This document shows, in pieces, positions 1 to 9,092 of a stretch of DNA of 50,953 bases. Position 1 is the stretch's first letter. The number at the start of each line of letters is the position of its first letter. The translations under genes and the position numbers were made by a program. The notes below the pieces were generated by a model. It had not been told where the DNA came from. It saw only the letters and a list, made by a program, of their open reading frames with translations, and made no database searches. The stretch is taken from positions 1 through 50,953 of the IMG/VR virus record IMGVR_UViG_3300032305_001455; one strand, given 5' to 3'. Source of the DNA: a virus (taxonomy: Duplodnaviria; Caudoviricetes).

Positions 1-813
1 GCGAGGATGTACAACAACACCGCCCCCGTGCGCGAGGTTGCGCTGCACACAGGCGAGTTGCTGGCCGGTCGGAATCCTGCCGAAACAGCCCAGCGTTTGC
101 GAGAACTTCGCCGCGAAAGCCGGGCGATCACGCCCACCGTCCCAGACGGTTTCGACCCAGCGCAGCACCGGGCCTTGGGCGAGAAACTGGAACAGGCTGA
201 CGGCCGCATGGAAGGCATGCTGTCGGCCAAATGGGGGCCGAAGTTCGCGGACGCCGCCAACGCCCTGATGTCCAAAAACAGCGAAACACAAATGCCGCGC
301 ACCTACATGTCCCCCGCCTTTAACACGCTGCTGAACGTCCCGGCGGAGTCCTTTTCTGATCCGATCAACTTGGGATTTAACCTCGCCGTGCCCGGCGTGG
401 CTGGCATGATCGCTGGCGGCACGCGAGGGGCGACGGTCGGCGGTTTGACCAATGTTGTCAAGGGAACCGGCAAGGGGCTGCTGTCTGGGCTAAAGACCGC
501 TCCCGTGCGAATGGCCGATGACGCCGTCGAGGAAACGCTGGAAAACAACGTGATCGCCCCGGCAACAATGGGCTTTGGCTCGTTCTTTTCTCCCGAAACC
601 GACAACCTGATGATGCGCGGGTACAAGGGCGATCCAAACACTCCCGGCTTCGATGACGAGGTGGAGCGCAGGCACCTACAGGCGCGCGAGGATCAGATGA
701 CCGCAGCCGACACGTATGGGCAAATGCGCAAGGAGGGGGCCAAGAACAAGCAGAAGGAGCGCGAGCGCTCCCAGCCCCCCAGCACGCGCCCGGTCGCAGA
801 GGTGCGCTGGTAA
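1..813 (+). CDS. Hypothetical phage protein, probably 5'-truncated (possible internal virion protein)
   Basis: The frame is open from base 1 (GCG AGG ATG) to TAA at 811-813. It has a Gly/Ala-rich segment and lies just upstream of the head genes. Confidence 0.55.
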   Translation, partial: ARMYNNTAPVREVALHTGELLAGRNPAETAQRLRELRRESRAITPTVPDGFDPAQHRALGEKLEQADGRMEGMLSAKWGPKFADAANALMSKNSETQMPRTYMSPAFNTLLNVPAESFSDPINLGFNLAVPGVAGMIAGGTRGATVGGLTNVVKGTGKGLLSGLKTAPVRMADDAVEETLENNVIAPATMGFGSFFSPETDNLMMRGYKGDPNTPGFDDEVERRHLQAREDQMTAADTYGQMRKEGAKNKQKERERSQPPSTRPVAEVRW

Positions 814-835
814 ATCCTGCTTGGGGCGAGCCATT

Positions 836-857
836 CGCGTTGTGATAATCACGCGCG
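836..857 (+). promoter_or_regulatory. Possible extended -10 element with overlapping palindrome upstream of the head operon
   Basis: TGTGATAAT at 841-849 (consensus TGnTATAAT) overlaps the palindrome GTGAT-A-ATCAC. AGGAG RBS precedes the ATG at 876. Confidence 0.35.
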
Positions 858-875
858 CCCCACAGGAGAAGCCGC

Positions 876-1916
876 ATGAGCGACGAAGAAGTCGAGGACG
901 TTGGCGTCGAGTCTTCAGCACCGGCCGATGAATCGGCAGCGCCTGCTGAGTCCGAAGGGCAGGCAGTCGAGCAGGCCGCCCCGCCGCAGCAAGAGGTCTG
1001 GTCGGCGTTCCGCCAGTTGCCCGAGTTCCAAGGGCAGGAAGACCGGGCCATTGCCCAGCGGCTGTACGAAGCAATGCAGCGCGAGGGGGCCGCAGCCCGC
1101 GCCCTCCAGCAGTACCAGAGCATCGTTCCGGTCGCGCAGGACTACCTGTCGAATCGCGAGGCGTTTGAGCAGTGGCGGGCGCATCAGGCGCAGGCCAAGG
1201 CCGCCCCTGCCCATGCCCCTGCCCCGCAGCCCGAGCAGCCGGGCTGGTGGAACCCGCCGAAGATCAAGGAATCCTACAAGCGCTACATCGTCCGCGACGA
1301 GAACGGGCGAGAAGTCATCTCCCCAGACGCGCCGTTCGATGTCCGGGCCTCGCTGGAGGAGTACCAGCAGTACCGGGCCGAGTTCGCGCAGAAGTTTCTG
1401 GAGAACCCGGAGCAAGCGCTGGGGCCGATGGTCGAGAAGGTCGCGATGGAGCGCGCCCAGAAAATCGTAGACGATCGCATGGAGCGCATGCAGAACGAGT
1501 CCTACGTCTCCAGTTTAGAGCGGGAAAACCGCGATTGGCTGTATGACGAGCAAGGCAATGTGTCTGCGGAAGGACTTGCTGTCCAGAAATACATACAGGA
1601 TGCCAAGAGTTTGGGCATCAACGGCGCGCAGGCGCGCTGGGACTTCGCGACAAAGATGGTTGAGCGGGACTTGATGCTCGCCACCATTCAGCAGTCGCAA
1701 CAGGCCCAGCAACCCCAGCGGCCAATGCCAGTTCCCCAGCAACCACAACAGCCGCAACCGACAGCCGAACAGCAAAACATGGCTTACCTGCGACAGCAGG
1801 CCATGCGAACTGCAAGCCAGAGGTCGGCCACCACCACTGCCGCTAGAACGCCCCAGAAGTCCATGACCTTTGAAGAGCGGCTACTCGCCGCCGCTCAAGA
1901 AGAAGGGCTTCTGTAA
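876..1916 (+). CDS. Capsid scaffolding protein
   Basis: Acidic disordered N-terminus, Q/A/E-rich helical body and short C-terminal helix (KSMTFEERLLAAAQEEGLL). Directly upstream of the capsid gene. Confidence 0.7.
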   Translation: MSDEEVEDVGVESSAPADESAAPAESEGQAVEQAAPPQQEVWSAFRQLPEFQGQEDRAIAQRLYEAMQREGAAARALQQYQSIVPVAQDYLSNREAFEQWRAHQAQAKAAPAHAPAPQPEQPGWWNPPKIKESYKRYIVRDENGREVISPDAPFDVRASLEEYQQYRAEFAQKFLENPEQALGPMVEKVAMERAQKIVDDRMERMQNESYVSSLERENRDWLYDEQGNVSAEGLAVQKYIQDAKSLGINGAQARWDFATKMVERDLMLATIQQSQQAQQPQRPMPVPQQPQQPQPTAEQQNMAYLRQQAMRTASQRSATTTAARTPQKSMTFEERLLAAAQEEGLL

Positions 1917-1938
1917 CCCGCGAAGGAGTTAGACGCAC

Positions 1939-3090
1939 ATGGCAAGCCCCACTGATTGGTCGCGCGTTATCGCCACGACGATCGTCAACCACCTGCGGGA
2001 AACCGAGGAGGCGACGTTCCGCAAGTTCAAGGTGTTCGCGCTGCTGGAGCAGTCGGGCAACGTCGTGATGAATCAGTCAGGCAGGGGCTTCGACTGGAAT
2101 GTCCGCTGGCAAAATGCCCCCGTGACCGGAAACACCGGAGACACGCCGCGCACCTTCTCGCGCGTCAACATGTGGAAGCGCGCCGAGTTGCCGTGGCGCG
2201 GCTTCACGACCACCGACTCGATCTACCGGCGCGAGATGCTGGAGAACCGAGGCCAGCAGGCGCTGGTCGATGTCGCAGGGAAAATGGCCGAGCGGCTTCA
2301 GGAGTCGCTTGAGCAGCACCTGTCGTACCAGCCCTACCGGGACGGCAACGCGAGCGGCGCGGAGAACGACTTTCACGGCATGGAATCGTTCCTGTCGTAT
2401 GACGGCACCGTGAACGAGACTGCTTCGGGCGTGGCCGACAAGCGCACCAGCAGCAACACGGGCGACCGCTACGGCTACCCGAACGACACCTACGCCGGGC
2501 TGTCCACGCAGTTGGGCTTCTACGGCGGCGGTCGGATCGGCGGCGGGACGGGCCGGTGGCCCAACACGCCGGTCGATCCTTCCCTCGACTTCTACAGCCC
2601 GGTGATCATCAACTACAACGCGACCACGTTCAACGGAGCCGGTGGCGGCCAGAACTGGAAGTCGAACTGCGTGTTCGCGATGCGTGAAGGCATCCACCAG
2701 TGCAAGCGGAACGACACGAAGGAAGCGCAAATCGACCTCGTCGTTCTCGACCGCTCGCTCTACATCCAGTTCCTGAACACCTACAAGGATCAGGAGCGGA
2801 TCATGGTGAGCAAGGAGAACGGCCTGAAGGCGCTGGGCTTCAGCGATGTCGTGACCCTCGACGGCGTCGAGATCACTTCGGAGTACGCCGTTCCCGCTGG
2901 CAAGGGCTACGGCCTGTCGGTCGGCAACATGGAACTGCGGTGTCTCGAAAATCAACTGATGGTCGCTGAAGGCCCGTTTTTCGCGGAAGAAACGCAGTCC
3001 TACAGGTACGCCTGCTCGACTCTCGGCAACTTCCGCTTCCGGTCGCCGCGTAACTTCTTCCTCCTCGCCCCCGTCACCGCTGCTTCCTGA
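1939..3090 (+). CDS. Major capsid protein (HK97 fold, podophage-type family)
   Basis: 383 aa with AAGGAG RBS. The pattern ATTI..., AELPW, SI.R.E.LENRG.QALVD, YRDGNASG.ENDFHG resembles podophage major capsid proteins as recalled. Follows the scaffold gene. Confidence 0.85.
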   Translation: MASPTDWSRVIATTIVNHLRETEEATFRKFKVFALLEQSGNVVMNQSGRGFDWNVRWQNAPVTGNTGDTPRTFSRVNMWKRAELPWRGFTTTDSIYRREMLENRGQQALVDVAGKMAERLQESLEQHLSYQPYRDGNASGAENDFHGMESFLSYDGTVNETASGVADKRTSSNTGDRYGYPNDTYAGLSTQLGFYGGGRIGGGTGRWPNTPVDPSLDFYSPVIINYNATTFNGAGGGQNWKSNCVFAMREGIHQCKRNDTKEAQIDLVVLDRSLYIQFLNTYKDQERIMVSKENGLKALGFSDVVTLDGVEITSEYAVPAGKGYGLSVGNMELRCLENQLMVAEGPFFAEETQSYRYACSTLGNFRFRSPRNFFLLAPVTAAS

Positions 3091-3107
3091 TAAGGAGTAC
3101 CGCAAGC

Positions 3108-3686
3108 ATGTCGAGCATCTTCAGTGATCCGTTCTTCCGCCGTGGCAACACGCTGCTGAGTGGCGAGGCCATCGAACTCGATGCCTCCAGCAACCCGGTC
3201 GCGGGCAACGAGATTGTCGGTCAGGTCAAGGCGTTTCAGGATGTGAATCCTGTGGGCGCGGGCGAGCGGTACAGCAACCGCCTCGTCTACTGCGTGGCCG
3301 CCCGGTACAAGGGCAGCACCGTCAACGACGCTTCGACCGTCGCGGGCCAGTTGTACCTGTTCGATACCGGCAAGCCGTTGACCGAGTTCACCGACAAGGC
3401 GTCCTCGACCAACGCCACGGCTGGCCTCGCCATCGGCGTGCTGGACGAGTACCTGACCGGCACCCTGCGTCAGAACGACATCGTCTGGCTGGTGATGAAG
3501 GGGCCGACCAGCATCAAGCAGACCGCCGTGGCGATCAGCGCGGGCGTGGCCGTGCAGGCTTCCGCGACGGCTGGCTCGATTGCCGTGCTTTCGACGGGCA
3601 TCGCCATCGCCCAGCAGATCGTCGGCGCTGCCACCTCCGCTGCGGCGGGCCTGACCCGAGTGAATCTGTACAGCGACCAAATCTGA
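3108..3686 (+). CDS. Capsid decoration/cement protein
   Basis: Small A/G/S/T-rich beta-type protein right after the MCP, with TAAGGAG RBS and followed by a terminator. Confidence 0.6.
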   Translation: MSSIFSDPFFRRGNTLLSGEAIELDASSNPVAGNEIVGQVKAFQDVNPVGAGERYSNRLVYCVAARYKGSTVNDASTVAGQLYLFDTGKPLTEFTDKASSTNATAGLAIGVLDEYLTGTLRQNDIVWLVMKGPTSIKQTAVAISAGVAVQASATAGSIAVLSTGIAIAQQIVGAATSAAAGLTRVNLYSDQI

Positions 3687-3709
3687 CCGCTGGCACATCC
3701 AGACGAAAA

Positions 3710-3750
3710 GGAACAGCCTGCGGTACGCACCGCAGGCTGTTCCACTTTCT
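3710..3750 (+). terminator. Rho-independent terminator after the capsid genes
   Basis: Perfect 15-bp stem GGAACAGCCTGCGGT-acgc-ACCGCAGGCTGTTCC (3710-3743) followed by ACTTTCT. Confidence 0.75.
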
Positions 3751-3758
3751 GGAACGAG

Positions 3759-4481
3759 ATGGACACCCGCACCTGTTCGATCTGCGGCAAAGACAAGCCC
3801 CTGACGCGCGAGCATTACCGCTGGCGTGAACAGGACGGCAAGGGCTACTTCACTGGTGAATGCAAGGAGTGCATCACCAAGGCCAAGAAGGTCAGCCGCC
3901 TGAAGGCCAAGGCCAAGCGCAAGGCCGCCCTCGACAAGATCGAGGCTGCTGGGGTGGACATCTTCACAGCGGCCACGGTCAACGGTGGGTCAAACATCCC
4001 GCACACGGCAGAGTTGGTGGAGCGGGTGTTCCAGTACTTCGGCGGTGTGGGCGGCTTTGGGGCCGTGCTGGTCAAGCAGTACTGGGACTCGCCTCCGGGC
4101 GGCTCCGCCCGCAACCGCCTGCTGGAAACCATGTGCAGGCTGGTCACCAAGAACGTGGACTCCGGCGGGGCCAAGAAGCCCCTGCAACTGTGGAGTGACG
4201 CCGACCTAGAAGCCGAACTCCAGCAGCGGCTGGTGGAGGCGGTTTCATCATTCAAGGGAATCACCATCGATGCCACGCAAGAAGAAGCCCGCCGGATCGA
4301 AGCCCAAGCGGCACCCCAAGGCAAAGCCCCCCGTAGTGCCGCCGCAGGCCGGGATGACGCAGTTTCAGAAGGAGTCGATCAAGGAACTCCAGAGCGAACT
4401 GCGGGAGCGGAAACTGGAGTCGCTGCGGCTGTACCGCCCGAACCCGAATCAGGAGGCGATCCACGCCTGCACGGCGAGTGA
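3759..4481 (+). CDS. Zinc-ribbon protein at the terminase small subunit position
   Basis: N-terminal CSIC...CKEC, then a basic helix. Precedes and overlaps the terminase large subunit gene. Confidence 0.45.
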   Translation: MDTRTCSICGKDKPLTREHYRWREQDGKGYFTGECKECITKAKKVSRLKAKAKRKAALDKIEAAGVDIFTAATVNGGSNIPHTAELVERVFQYFGGVGGFGAVLVKQYWDSPPGGSARNRLLETMCRLVTKNVDSGGAKKPLQLWSDADLEAELQQRLVEAVSSFKGITIDATQEEARRIEAQAAPQGKAPRSAAAGRDDAVSEGVDQGTPERTAGAETGVAAAVPPEPESGGDPRLHGE

Positions 4482-5997
4482 GATTCTGGTGATCGGCGGC
4501 AACCGATCAGGCAAGTCGCTCTCGACGTTCGTGGAGGATGCCCGGTGCGTTACGAACCAAGACCCATACGGCAAGTATCCCAAGGAAGGGATACTCGTCA
4601 TCGTGGGAAAAGATTGGAAGCACATCGGACTCGTCGTGGTGCCGATGTTGTTCCGCGCGGGCGCATTCCGCATCATCAAGGACGAGAACACCGGGGTGTG
4701 GCGGGCCTACAACCCGGCGACCGACGAGCATCGCAAGGGCGAGACGAAACCGGCCCCGCCGCTGATTCCGCCACGGTTCGTGAAAGCGACTAGTTGGGTG
4801 CTGAAGAGTGCCAACTACATGCAGTACTGCAAACTGCACACGGGATGGGAGATTCACTTCTTCTCGTCCGAAGGCGAGCCTGTGCAGGGATTTCAATGTG
4901 ATCGCGCCCACGTGGACGAGGACATCAACAATGAGAACTGGGTGCCGGAACTCCAAGCCCGTCTGGTTGACCGCAAGGGGGTCTTCACGTGGTCGGCTAT
5001 GCCGCACTCGACCAACAACGCGCTGTTGGGCCTGAAGGAGCGCGCCGACGCCAGCGAGCAGGCGCTGGGAGAGAAGTCGATCATCCGGCAGTTCCGGCTC
5101 CGCATGCTCGACAACCCCTACCTCGACACGACCGAGAAGGCCAAGAGTTTGGAGCGGTGGGCGGCACTGGGCGAAGACGTTCTCCGCATGCGCGCCGAGG
5201 GCGACTTCATCACGGACAGCGTGCTGGTCTACCCCAACTTCGACATGCGTATCCACGGCATGGATCGGAGCGCGTTGCCCAACATGCAAGTCCCGCGAGA
5301 GTGGTGCCGGTACGCCGTCATCGACCCCGGCCACGCCGTCACGGCGGTGCTGTTCTGCGCCGTCCCGCCGACCGAGGACTACTGGCTGGTCTATGACCAG
5401 TTGTATCTGCGGCAGTCCAACGCCGAGGTCTTTGGCGAGGAGTTCGCCAAGAAGGTACGAGATTGGAACTTCCACGCTTTCATCATCGACGCGCACGGTG
5501 GCCGGTTGCGCGACATCGGCTCCGGCAGGCTCCCGTCCGAGCAGTACACGGAGCAGTTGGTGAAGCGCGGCATCCGCAGCCAGATCACCGGGGCATCGTT
5601 CTTGGCCGGGTGCGATGACATCATCGCCCGCACCGAGAGCAGCCGCACGGCCATGCACATCCGCCCCACCGGCACGCCGATCCTCCGGGTGCTACGGAAC
5701 TCCTGCCCAGACCTTGAGCGTGAGATCAAGCGGTATCGCAAGTTGGTGAACTACGTTGCTGGGACGGCTATCGTGACAGACAGGCCGAACACCAAGGGGG
5801 AGGTTCACTTGTGCCAGTGCTTGGAATACCTCTGCGCATACCGCCCCCGTTACCACGCGCCGCGCATCCAGAATGGTGAGGTCGAGCCGTGGTGGGTCAA
5901 GTGGCAGAAGGAGCGCAGAAAGCGGCTGGGGGAGGACGGGCCGGGATTTGTATTCTTGGGGCCACAAGGAGGACGCTCGCGTGACACCAGCGACTGA
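4270..5997 (+). CDS. terL: Terminase large subunit
   Basis: Walker A GGNRSGKS, Walker B AHVDED, DNPYL motif and RNase H-like nuclease start VIDPG. Confidence 0.92.
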   Translation: MPRKKKPAGSKPKRHPKAKPPVVPPQAGMTQFQKESIKELQSELRERKLESLRLYRPNPNQEAIHACTASEILVIGGNRSGKSLSTFVEDARCVTNQDPYGKYPKEGILVIVGKDWKHIGLVVVPMLFRAGAFRIIKDENTGVWRAYNPATDEHRKGETKPAPPLIPPRFVKATSWVLKSANYMQYCKLHTGWEIHFFSSEGEPVQGFQCDRAHVDEDINNENWVPELQARLVDRKGVFTWSAMPHSTNNALLGLKERADASEQALGEKSIIRQFRLRMLDNPYLDTTEKAKSLERWAALGEDVLRMRAEGDFITDSVLVYPNFDMRIHGMDRSALPNMQVPREWCRYAVIDPGHAVTAVLFCAVPPTEDYWLVYDQLYLRQSNAEVFGEEFAKKVRDWNFHAFIIDAHGGRLRDIGSGRLPSEQYTEQLVKRGIRSQITGASFLAGCDDIIARTESSRTAMHIRPTGTPILRVLRNSCPDLEREIKRYRKLVNYVAGTAIVTDRPNTKGEVHLCQCLEYLCAYRPRYHAPRIQNGEVEPWWVKWQKERRKRLGEDGPGFVFLGPQGGRSRDTSD

Positions 5998-6298
5998 ATG
6001 GACGATGCCGCGCCCCGATATCGGGGATGTCGTGCTGTTTTCCAAGGACTTCCGTAACTTCACCGATCCGGTGGTGGGGTTCGTTAACCGAGAACCGGGT
6101 TCCTCGACCATAAGCATCCTGACGTTTACCTCGACGGGATATTCGATGGTGTACGCCAGTTGCCGTCACAAGGACGATCCAGCGCTCCTTGGCGACCACG
6201 GCTGGCAGGACTTGGGTGTGTGGGAGTTCGCGCCCATCACCCGCACCATCCGCGAACTGACTGCGGAGCCAACCAGTGCAAGAAAGCCTGCCAAGTAG
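5981..6298 (+). CDS. Hypothetical protein between terL and portal
   Basis: GTG at 5981 with AGGAGGA RBS (the ORF track start at 5873 is probably too early). Globular-looking sequence. Confidence 0.6.
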   Translation: MTPATEWTMPRPDIGDVVLFSKDFRNFTDPVVGFVNREPGSSTISILTFTSTGYSMVYASCRHKDDPALLGDHGWQDLGVWEFAPITRTIRELTAEPTSARKPAK

Positions 6299-8294
6299 CA
6301 ACCCGCTGCGGCAGATCGTCACGACTTGGGTGAAGAAACTCAAGGCGGCTGAAAAGTACAAGAAGCCGTTCAGTGACGATGCCAAGGAAGCCAGCCAGTT
6401 CTTCGACGGCGAACACAACTGGATGTGGCGGGACGCCTACGCCCGTGGCGAGCGGGGGTACAACTCGTCCATTGCCCCGCCCTCGTTCAGGATGCAACTG
6501 AACAAGGTATTTGAACTGGTCGAGATTTTCGCCAGTGTCATCTACCACCGTAATCCGGTGCGCACTGTCACAGTGATGAACCCGCCGGAGTTCCCACTGA
6601 AGCACGTGGGATTGGATGAGCCAGCCGGGCCAAACGGCCAGCCCAGCCCGGAGCAGATGCAAGTCATCCAAGCCGTGCAGGCCGAGCAGGCCCAGCGCGA
6701 GCAGATGAAGTTGATCGCGCAACTGATGGAGGCGTACCTGAACTGGACGCCCGTCGAACTCGACCTCAAGCGGCAGGCCCGCAAGGTGGTGAACGAGGCG
6801 ATGATCAAGGGCGCTGGCGTGTTCTGGACAGAACTGGTCAGCGTCGAGGTGTCGAGCGACGGCAGCATCCCGCCGATGAAACTGGTCGGCTCGTTCTATG
6901 ACACGGTGGACAACCTCCTCATCGACCCGGACTTCGACAACGAGGATGACATGCTCTGGTGCGCGCGGAAGTGCGTGCGCCCGATTGAAGAGGTGGCCGC
7001 TACATTCGGCGTGCCGGTCGAGCATCTGCGCAAGCATCACGACAACACCGACAACACGCTGCGCCGCGAGCCGAAGGGCAAGAAGAAGAAGGACACGACC
7101 AACGAACTGGTCACCTTCTACAAGATTTGGTCGAAGTGCGGCATGGGCGACCGCTTCAAGGACGCACCCAAGGGCAGTCGCGGTGTGTTCGATTCGGTCG
7201 GCCAGTACTGCTATCTGGTGGTCTGCGAGGGTGTTGAGTACCCCTTAAATCTCCCGCCATCCCTGATGCAGGAGATCGTAGACCCGGAACTGGGCATCCC
7301 GCCCGAGGTCATCCCGCGCGTCAGTTGGCCGATCCCGTTCTTCGCGGACACCAACGGCTGGCCGTTCACGATGCTGGCCTTCCACCGCAAGCCCGGCTAC
7401 GCATGGCCGGTGTCGCACATCCGCCCGGCGATTGGCGAGTTGCGGCTGCTGAACTGGTGCTTCTCGTTCCTCGCCACCCGGATCGCGACCAGTTGCGAAA
7501 CGATTGTCGCCGTGCAAAAGGCTGCGGACGAGACGATCAAGGAGCAACTGCTGGCCCCATCCGAGGGCGGCTTCAAGATTCTGGAGTTGAGCGAACTGCT
7601 TGGTCGCAGGATCGAGGACGTTGTGTCGGTGTTCCAGATGCCGCAAGTCACGAAGGACTTGTGGGACATCATCTCCGCGATCTTGGACGAGTTCGCGAAG
7701 CGCACGGGCTTGAGCGAACTGGCCTACGGTTACACCAGAAGTTCCTTCCGGTCGGCGGCAGAAGCCCAGATCAAGAACGAGAACATCAGCATCCGCCCGG
7801 ACAACATGGCGAACGAGTTGGAGGACACCATGTCTGTCCTCGCTCGCCGCGAGGCGTTGGCCGCACGGTGGCTACTGGAGCCGCAGGACATCGCCCCGGT
7901 GCTTGGCCCGATGGGCGCTGCGGCGTGGGCGCAGTTCATCAACAAGCGCGATCTGGTGGGCCTGACCCGCGAACTGCTGTACCGGGTCGAGGCGGGCAGC
8001 GCCCGCAAGCCGAACAAAGCCTCGCGCGTCGAGCAGATGCAGATGGCCGTGCAGACGCTGGGGCCGATCCTGTCGCAGTTGGCTGGCTCCGGCATGATCG
8101 AGCCGTTCAACGCGCTGATGAAGGATTGGGCCGACTCGCTCGACATCGATGCGTCTCCGTACTTGCTGCCTCCGCCACCTCCCCCCCAGCCCCCTGCCGC
8201 GCCGCCCGGCCTCCCCTCCCCACCGGAGCAGGCTGCGGCGGGGGCTGGCCCTCCTCCGCCACAAGTACCGGCTGAACTGATGCCGGGAGGCTGA
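6276..8294 (+). CDS. Portal protein
   Basis: 672 aa, downstream of terL. Has the pattern TGLSELAYG...RSAAEAQIKNEN and a Pro/Gln-rich C-tail, as in podovirus portals. Confidence 0.8.
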   Translation: MQESLPSSNPLRQIVTTWVKKLKAAEKYKKPFSDDAKEASQFFDGEHNWMWRDAYARGERGYNSSIAPPSFRMQLNKVFELVEIFASVIYHRNPVRTVTVMNPPEFPLKHVGLDEPAGPNGQPSPEQMQVIQAVQAEQAQREQMKLIAQLMEAYLNWTPVELDLKRQARKVVNEAMIKGAGVFWTELVSVEVSSDGSIPPMKLVGSFYDTVDNLLIDPDFDNEDDMLWCARKCVRPIEEVAATFGVPVEHLRKHHDNTDNTLRREPKGKKKKDTTNELVTFYKIWSKCGMGDRFKDAPKGSRGVFDSVGQYCYLVVCEGVEYPLNLPPSLMQEIVDPELGIPPEVIPRVSWPIPFFADTNGWPFTMLAFHRKPGYAWPVSHIRPAIGELRLLNWCFSFLATRIATSCETIVAVQKAADETIKEQLLAPSEGGFKILELSELLGRRIEDVVSVFQMPQVTKDLWDIISAILDEFAKRTGLSELAYGYTRSSFRSAAEAQIKNENISIRPDNMANELEDTMSVLARREALAARWLLEPQDIAPVLGPMGAAAWAQFINKRDLVGLTRELLYRVEAGSARKPNKASRVEQMQMAVQTLGPILSQLAGSGMIEPFNALMKDWADSLDIDASPYLLPPPPPPQPPAAPPGLPSPPEQAAAGAGPPPPQVPAELMPGG

Positions 8295-8722
8295 TGCCGC
8301 CCTGCCAGCACAAGCGCCGCAGCAACCTCTGGGTGCGCTACCGCGTGACTCAAGAGGAGTACGAAGCCCTGCACAGCAAGTGCCGGGGGAAGTGCCAGAT
8401 ATGCGGGCAGAAGCAAAGCACACTCTGTGTCGATCACTGTCATCACACCAAGGGCATTCGCGGCCTGCTGTGCAGTCCGTGCAACCGCGCCATTGGGATG
8501 CTGGGCGATACCGAGGAAACCCTGAAGCGAGCGTGGGACTACCTGTATGAGTACGAACGATCTGCCTTTCGACATTCAGCGCGCCAGCGACGAAATACAG
8601 GCGCACTACCTCGACATGGTCGCCAACGGAGTGGCCCCAAGGCTGGCCGAGATGCTTGCTCTCCAGCAGCCCCCCGGACTGCGAGGCACGGACAGGGCGC
8701 TCATGGAGGGTCGGCTAAATAA
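8294..8722 (+). CDS. Endonuclease VII-family (His-Me finger) nuclease, probably a homing endonuclease
   Basis: Motifs RYRVTQEEYEAL, CQICG, VDHCHHTKGIRGLLCSPCNRAIGMLGD. The domain ends near 8550 and the tail overlaps the next gene. Confidence 0.88.
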   Translation: MPPCQHKRRSNLWVRYRVTQEEYEALHSKCRGKCQICGQKQSTLCVDHCHHTKGIRGLLCSPCNRAIGMLGDTEETLKRAWDYLYEYERSAFRHSARQRRNTGALPRHGRQRSGPKAGRDACSPAAPRTARHGQGAHGGSAK

Positions 8723-9092
8723 CCAGCAGTTCGACCGCATGCCGCGCGACCATGCCGAAAACATGATCACGCTTGCCCGCAGAGCAGGCATCAACCCCAA
8801 CGGCAAGTACTACTCCTCCGGGCTGGCAGACGGGCGCGGCCCGGCAGACCCGGCGGCGTGGATCGACAGCGTGCGGGACGTTAAGCGGGTGGCCGCCGAG
8901 AGAAACCTGACCGTTTCCGGGGCAGTCGAGCATCAGGGAATCGCGCAGCCGCGCCCGGATCGCAAGCCGTTAAGCGAGCGATTGACGCGGGAGATGATGA
9001 AGGCCGAGGCGAAGCGCCAACCGTCCATGAAACAAGGTGAGTTACGTGAGTACGTAATCAGCAAATACGGGCGGAAACCTCGCAAGCGATGA
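8547..9092 (+). CDS. Hypothetical protein
   Basis: 181-aa ORF in the structural operon with an ATGA overlap to the next gene. Confidence 0.65.
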   Translation: MSTNDLPFDIQRASDEIQAHYLDMVANGVAPRLAEMLALQQPPGLRGTDRALMEGRLNNQQFDRMPRDHAENMITLARRAGINPNGKYYSSGLADGRGPADPAAWIDSVRDVKRVAAERNLTVSGAVEHQGIAQPRPDRKPLSERLTREMMKAEAKRQPSMKQGELREYVISKYGRKPRKR

